64,000 bases of DNA, taken from NCBI RefSeq assembly GCF_009914755.1, contig NC_060934.1, one strand, 5' to 3'. A program made the position numbers and the translations under genes. Below, in pieces: positions 56,557 through 64,000 of the stretch. The DNA is from the human T2T-CHM13v2.0 reference genome, Homo sapiens. The number at the start of each line of letters is the position of its first letter. Position 1 is the first letter of the stretch. Under the pieces are notes generated by a model, which was not told the DNA's origin, did not search any database, and saw only the letters and a program-made list of their open reading frames with translations.

Positions 56557-57976
56557 TTAGCTTGCTGACAAGAGTTATTCCATTGTGTGTTTCTACCTGC
56601 AATACCTGAGGATGCCCATTTTCTCACGATTTATAAACTAACTCATTTTATAGATGTAATTTTCATACATTTGGGGGTATCGTTCTAACTTCATTATTAT
56701 TACTTCAAGGTGTTATTATTTCCCCATCATCATCATGGTCATTATCATAACTAGTTGGTGCTGACAGTAGTCACCCTGCATTGAGAACTCATACTCCAGG
56801 CCCTTTCCACATAGACTTGATTTAATTCCATTCACTCCTCACAACAATCGTCTGAAAGAAAGAATCACTAAGCCATTGTATAATTGAAACACAAGAGGCG
56901 AGTGACTTGTGTGCCCTTGGGCAGGTAATTTAAACACTCTGTGCCCCCAAGTTCCAATAGATAAATGTAAATAATAATATCTTTCTTACCTAATACATGG
57001 GGTCAACAGTTAAAGTACTGTACATTTGTGAGGTATTTCATGGCACCTGTGAATTGCTCATGTGATGACTTAGTGTGCTTCCAGTGTCAGTGTGCTGGGA
57101 AGGAGACAGAATAAGAAGAAGACTGAAAAGATGCCGAGTCTAGTGCAGGGTATCCTGGGGAAAACACCTCCTGTTTGTCCAACAGCGATTGGCCACACAT
57201 TGAAGACACACTACCTGGCTGTGAACTGGGGTGACCCTGTTGAAATCTTGTGGAAAGCTTGAGATGCTCCTTAGAGGGTGTTTATCCCTCGAGCTGGCAC
57301 AAATGCGGTTTGTTGTTCAGTTTTTCCTTCTACTCTGCCTCTATCTGGTACAAAATGGAATTGAAGAGGATATAAACCAGCAAGGAACAATCTGAAATCA
57401 GAATGGTGACAATGGGAGAAAGTAATCTTGGTTCAACCCAATGTTCACCTGAAGTCTCTTTATTAAAGACTACTAACAGGAACGAAATTGCATAATAATC
57501 TTCCTATGATAATTTCAAGTTCCAGAATTTCTCTATGGAACTTTCAAATTTCACCTCTGTTAACTCATGGAATTTTCCCTAGAATCTGCAAATTACCGAA
57601 GTCTTTGGAGGTTTGATGATCACTCACTGGTCAGCGGTACTACAAAAGGATTCTGGGGAGTTTGACTCAGTGGTCAGCAAAGGCTCTTCCGAATCTTCAG
57701 TCTGATTCTGAGATTCCCCGGGGAGAACTGGAGCCTTTCTTAACAGCTGTTGATTGGAAAGACCACCTGCTTCATCCTCTATTGCAACAGAAATAGCCAT
57801 TGTGAATCTCCATGGGGAGGCACAATGAGTTTTTTCTAGCATGTGTGACTCAGGTCATTTTGTTCCGTGGTTTCCAGTTGTGGGGACTTGGCAAGGTCAC
57901 ACCCTCCCCTGAGCCTCAGTTTCATCGCTCAGAAAATGAGGATAACAATTCTACTTGCCTCATAGGATTGTTGTGA

Positions 57977-58433
<457 letters not shown>

Positions 58434-59213
58434 CTTGCTTACTTTCGTACTTCCCAAGAGGCAGGTTACCAAATTGGTGAAATTAACCATAACATCATTG
58501 TGATGGGCAAGCAGATATATTAAAAGCAAAGATACAGCAGGTTAACATTAAATTTTGCTCATCCCAGGACAAACCTGGCCACAGGAGGCCTTTGCCAGTA
58601 TTCTGAAAAGTGTTGTGACCATCTCCTTTAAAGCTCAGTTAAAGGTTTCTGGCTGGACTCCAGGCTGCTTCAAGCTCTTTACTTGTCTTTATCATTCTTT
58701 AAGGAGGGACCCAGACACAGTATGCAGAGGCCTGAATCCTCTAGATCATTCTCTCTCCACCATGAGTCCTGCCGTGGGGACTTTTCCAGCTCCCTTTGGC
58801 CTTATGAGCCAGAAAATCAGGCTAGAGCCTAAAGAGAATAGAAATTTCAGAATCAGGCTTGTTCTGCGACTGTATGGGGGAGCTGAAGGACACAATGGGC
58901 TTTCTATATTGGAGACTACCCATCATACTCTCTCTGCCCAGGGAGAAAGGACAGATGCTGTGTGATTTTGTAGTCTGTGATTTGGCTTCTCATTCTCGCT
59001 GCTCTCTACACCTCATTGTTTACTTCACTCCCCTGAAAAAAATGCTCCCTAACAGGCTCAGTACCCAACTTCTGGGTATTGCTGCCCACATTTGCCTTGG
59101 TTCTACCTTTTCAGATTGCAGGATCCTGAGGTTTTGCTTGGAGCAGCTCAGATTCTCCACTAGATCTAAGATCTCACCTAGTCCTGAGGATTTCCTTAAA
59201 GGGAAGGGGAAAG

Positions 59214-59223
59214 ATAGATAGAT

Positions 59224-59272
<49 letters not shown>
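59214..59272. repeat. (GATA)n tetranucleotide microsatellite
   Basis: GATAGATAGAT GATA... about 14 units with one interruption. Confidence 0.97.
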
Positions 59273-60684
59273 TTGCTGCCTTTGCTCTACAGCATCTGCT
59301 TGGTGAAGAGGCTCAGGATCTGGATCCTGGCCTCTCAGCTTTCAGGAACCCCATTCCCCCCTGACAGGGGTGGCAAGTTCATCCTATTATTCATTAAGAA
59401 ATTTGAAAACAATCATTCAGGAATTTTAGGTCAAGAGCTGGAAAACCCCAAGCCTCCGTCACCTGAGCAAAGGGAGATACTGTGAGCACCTGCAGGATAC
59501 ACCCATGTTCCACCACCTGCCTGAAGAAGCCTGTGGTTCTTGTCAGCTTCTCAAGGGTGAAGTGCCAATCCTTTTCTGCTTGAGCAGAAGAGCAGACCAA
59601 AGAGCTCATTGACTCAAGGAGCATCACGGCAACTGAGCTGCACCTGGAAGAGAAGAATCCAGGGTGTGATCCACAGCCAAGGCCTGAAGCAATGGGGCCC
59701 ATACTTGGCCTCTCCAGGGTGAGTTGTGACCCAAGTGCTGGGCTTTAGCCCATGAGTGGTCCCTCTTGCCATTTCCAGTTTCCTCCCAAAGAGAGGCCAG
59801 TGTTGGTGATTTCATTTCTTATAATCTCCTTAGGAGCACAGGTTTTGGTTTGTGCCTTTTTTGGATCAGGTTCCCTGCATTGCAGCTGCTATAATTAAAA
59901 CTATTAACAACAACACAGCACCACAGAAGCAAGTTAGTTGCTAATGGAATTTGCTGATAATGCTGTCTTCTAGAGACCACTCTAGTAACTGGAGAGCCTT
60001 GGTGTAGAGCTGATGATAAAACCTATTCCTGCTTTTGTCAGTCATGAGGAGCATTTCCTTTCTAGACAGAGGAACTGAAACCCACATGCCAGCCCAAATT
60101 TACCAAAAGCAGTCACTGGAATACTCATCACACCATCATGTCTCATCTTATCCCTTTCGTTACCTTCAAATACGGCCCCATTTCCTCAGGACCAGAACTC
60201 CCTTATGTGGGCAGCAGGACTAAGGCCCTTGAGTTACCTGTGGTGACTCCTCATTAAATGGAGGAATGTGCCAGTATTTTCAGCAAAACATGAATCTGAT
60301 GAAACACTGACTGAACTGTCTCCTAGTTTCAAAACAAATTATTACCACTCAGGGCCTCTATTTAGGGCAATCAGAGTCAGAAGTGGGAACGCATCTTGTC
60401 CTCCTACCTTGATTAACAGTAACTCTAATTGCAGGATGATGGTCAAATCCTCTCTCCTCTAATGTGCAGTTGTGAAGGATTTAGGCTCCACTGCTCATGC
60501 ATTTGGGTGGGGCCTGAATCACTTTCAGTCTAGCACAGGCGGGTCACTTCAGGCCTTCCCACCTCCATCAGCATCCTTCAATCCTCCCCTGACATCTCTC
60601 ATTTATGCTTCCTATTGATTCAGAGGTCCCAACCCAAGTGGCTAAAAGAAACATTCATTAACCTTTCTACAAAGTCATGAATAA

Positions 60685-61069
<385 letters not shown>

Positions 61070-61224
61070 AAGTATTCTATCCTTAATGAACACATATATG
61101 CACATTATATCTATTTTTTATAATATATATATTTAGAATTGAATGTCAGAGTACATATCAGTGTTGGAGGAAGAGAATAAGGAGGAAGCACAGAAAGTAA
61201 AAAGGAAAAATAGGCACCAAAAAA

Positions 61225-64000
61225 GATTTGGAGAATGGCAGATGGCCAAGGAGATGCAGTTGGGAAGTGCCTCTTCCATGGAGAGGAACCCAAATATCTA
61301 GTAAACCTTCACATTTTAAACAGATCTTTTGAGAGAAAACACTGAAAGTTGACACAGAGGTGACACAGACACCATGGTTGAAGAGGGAAGAAATGGGACA
61401 GTCTGCTCAGAGTCACTAGACATCAGGACTGGCCCATATACCCTGAACAAACCCAAGGAAGGGGTGAGTGAAGGAACCCTGGGACACTACATACCCATAA
61501 TGTACCTCTGAGATCCTAGTTACAGGAGTTTCTACGACCCTCATAGATCTTTGGACTGGTAGGAGAGCTGCCGCGAGCACATGCAGAGGCACAGTTTGAA
61601 CCCACACAGAGCCCAGAAGGCTTTGTTGTGCTGTGCAGCTGCAGCAAAATGCAACCCTAGGTGCCCATCCCACAAGCCTCCATTTCATACTGAGTGGCTA
61701 AGTTCCTGCTGTCCGCCAGGCTGGGAGTGAACCGCGCCTGGCCTGCTCACATGCCCAAGATAGGCCCCATCACCAGTGCTGTGTGATTAAGTTGCATCTG
61801 GTCCACATGCCCCCTTGCCTGTCAACCCCTTCCCAGAGCTCATGCCTGGTCACGCCTGCAAGAGGGTGTCCACAGCACAGCATCCACTGCATAGCTTGAG
61901 TGTTTTGTTGACAGCCTGGGAAAAGCTCACCACCCTGTCCCCAAGTCACAGCCAGTGCTTGAAGCTTAGAGGCCAGAGGACAAATCCGTGAGCCCAGTCC
62001 CAACTCCCCAAGACTCAAGTATACCACCCAGGGACACTGAGCTGAGATTTGTAACCTAATCTCAAGTGAAGGAGGATCCTCCATAGTCAGAATGCAGAGA
62101 AGGGTGTGGTATGGGTTCTCATGGGGGCATGGGAGCTGGACACCCCTCCCTTTGCAAGACCAGACCATGAAGGGTATGGCCTGATGGTGGTAGCTTCTTT
62201 CCCAGGGAGTGTCCTGGCACAGAATGCCTGGAGCAGCTCAACAATGTGGGAGCAGATGGCTTGGGGAAAGCCTAGTTGGTTGGGCTTGCCGCCAGGGCGA
62301 GTGTCTGTGGGAGATCTGCTGGGTCAGGGGAGTGTAAGCTAGGCAGACTCCATGGTTGCCTGCTGGGCTGAAAATCATGGGCTGCAGACTCCATACTGGT
62401 GTTGCACCCATTGTGCCACTGCCCTGCCTGGAGATCCTCTACCCTTGAAATACTGCATCATCAGAGCAACTGCAGACATACCCTAAAACCTGCTCTGACT
62501 TTGGTAAGCACAGTGGACTGGTGGGTCTCTGGAGAGCTGTGTGTCCCTAGAGATGTAATCCTCAGTGTGGACCATCCCTAAGGGAAGGGGGAGTGCAGCC
62601 TGCCAAAGCACCACATGAGACAAAGAAAATGTGGCCATGGCATAAGCCACTGAAAGGAGCACCACCAAGGCCCAGAACCAGACTTGGAGAAGGAATTATG
62701 TCTCGCCTCCATCTCCCCTCCCCAGTGCACTGTTGCAGATGCAACAATAGCTCTTCCCATAGGGGCCCAGAAAGCGTGCACTGAAAGAAGTTGTTTCTCA
62801 TGATTCTCCAGTGAGGGCAAGCATGCACCAAGACCCCACCTGCCAGCTCTTACTCTTAAGTCCATCTACCAGACTGAAGTTTGAGTTATACCATCATATA
62901 AAAATACATTGCTAAAACAAGCAACATCTGTGAAAGCCACTGCAGCAACCTATCTGTAACCAAGGAACATATATGGAAACTTCACCCTCTGCAACTACAG
63001 AGAAATGAAGCCAATCAATCACATACACCACTGTCATACTTTCAAAGAGAATAAAAAATATAAAAGCCCTGTGATGGTTAATACTGAGTGTCAACTTGAT
63101 TGTATTAAAGGGTGCAAAATATTGTTCCCGGGTGTGTTTGGAGGGTGTTGCCAAAGGAGATTAACATTTGAGTCTGGACTAGGAGAGGCAGAACCACCCT
63201 CAATCTGGGTGGGCACCATCTAATCAGCTGCCAGCACGGCTAGGACAAAGCAGGCAGGAGAAGGCAGAAGAGCAGACTTGCTGAGTCTCCTGGCTTTCAT
63301 CTTTATCCTGTGCTGGATGCTTCCAGTTCTTCAGCTTTTGGACTCTTGGACTTACACCAGTGGTTTGCCAGGGGCTCTCAGGCCTTCAGCCACAGACTGA
63401 AGGCTGCACTGTCAGCTTCCCTACTTTTGAGGTTTTGGGACTCGGACTGGCTTCCCTGCTCCTCAGCTTGCAGATGGTTTATTGTGGGACTTTACCTTGT
63501 GATCCTGTGAGTCAATGATCCTTAATAAACTCCCCTTCAAATGTACATCTATCCTATTACTTCGGTACCTATAGAGAACTCTGACTAATACAAACCCCAT
63601 CTAAATGAAGCAAATTCAAAAAAGAAGTGTCAACTCCCGCAGATGGAAAGGAATAAGCACAAGAAGTCTGGCAATACACAAAGCCAGAGTGTTTTGTGAT
63701 CTCCAAAGCCTCTCACTAGCTCCCTAGGAAAGGATCCTGACCAGATGTAAATGTCTGAAATGAGACACATAGAACTCAGAAGATGGATGTCAAGGAAAGT
63801 CAATGAGACATAAGACAAAATAGAAATCCAATGCAAAGAAACCAGAAAAACAGTCCAAGATTTGAAAGACAACATAGTTATATTAAGAAAGAGCCAAACT
63901 GAACTTCTGGAACTGAAAAATTCACTAAATAAATTTCAAAATATAGTTGGGAGACTTAAAAACAGACTAGGCCAAGCAGAAGGAAACACTTCAAAGCTTG
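61225..64000 (+). mobile_element. Old L1 (L1PB/L1MA-age) 5'UTR and start of ORF1, running off the window
   Basis: GC-rich 5'UTR-like region, then ORF1-like AAACTGAACTTCTGGAACTGAAAAATTCACTAAATAAATTTCAAAATA with stops. Confidence 0.7.
63070..63592 (+). mobile_element. MLT2A-type (HERV-L) solo LTR inserted in the L1
   Basis: TGTGATGGTTAATACTGAGTGTCAACTTGATT...CTGACTAATACA; 5-bp TSD AGCCC/AACCC. Confidence 0.9.

Overview
Primate, most likely human, genomic DNA: Alu-dense, with L1, MaLR/ERV LTRs and DNA transposons. No intact protein-coding gene, CRISPR array or prokaryotic feature was found. The window is a mosaic of duplicated gene fragments. (1) A degenerate 5S rRNA pseudogene (~1654-1770, +) sits next to an old CA-repeat-anchored tandem duplication. 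(2) An intron-containing BMS1 pseudogene carries exons 1-9 only (minus strand, ~11471-22870) and keeps its CpG-island promoter. (3) Head-to-head with it is a GLUD1 fragment with only exons 2-4 (+). (4) A near full-length processed DUSP8 pseudogene with a 12-bp target-site duplication lies inside GLUD1 intron 2. (5) An old L1 has been broken up by a dense Alu cluster. (6) A cathepsin L-like pseudogene has the promoter and exons 1-4 only (minus strand). (7) An L1 5' region carries an MLT2A LTR. This gene combination suggests the chromosome 10q (probably 10q11.2) segmental duplications; that is inference, and the exact paralogue numbers are not assigned. Gene identities come from translating exons and comparing them with parent proteins recalled from memory, not from a database search. 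Repeat boundaries are approximate. Leads most worth testing: a lesion-free BMS1 exon 4-5-9 reading frame that could feed a read-through fusion protein; a 201-nt, stop-free, phase-symmetric GLUD1 exon 2-4 module bracketed by inverted Alus (candidate endless-ORF circRNA); and a DUSP8 retrocopy ORF with a new strong-Kozak ATG and a swapped, catalytically dead CX5R motif.
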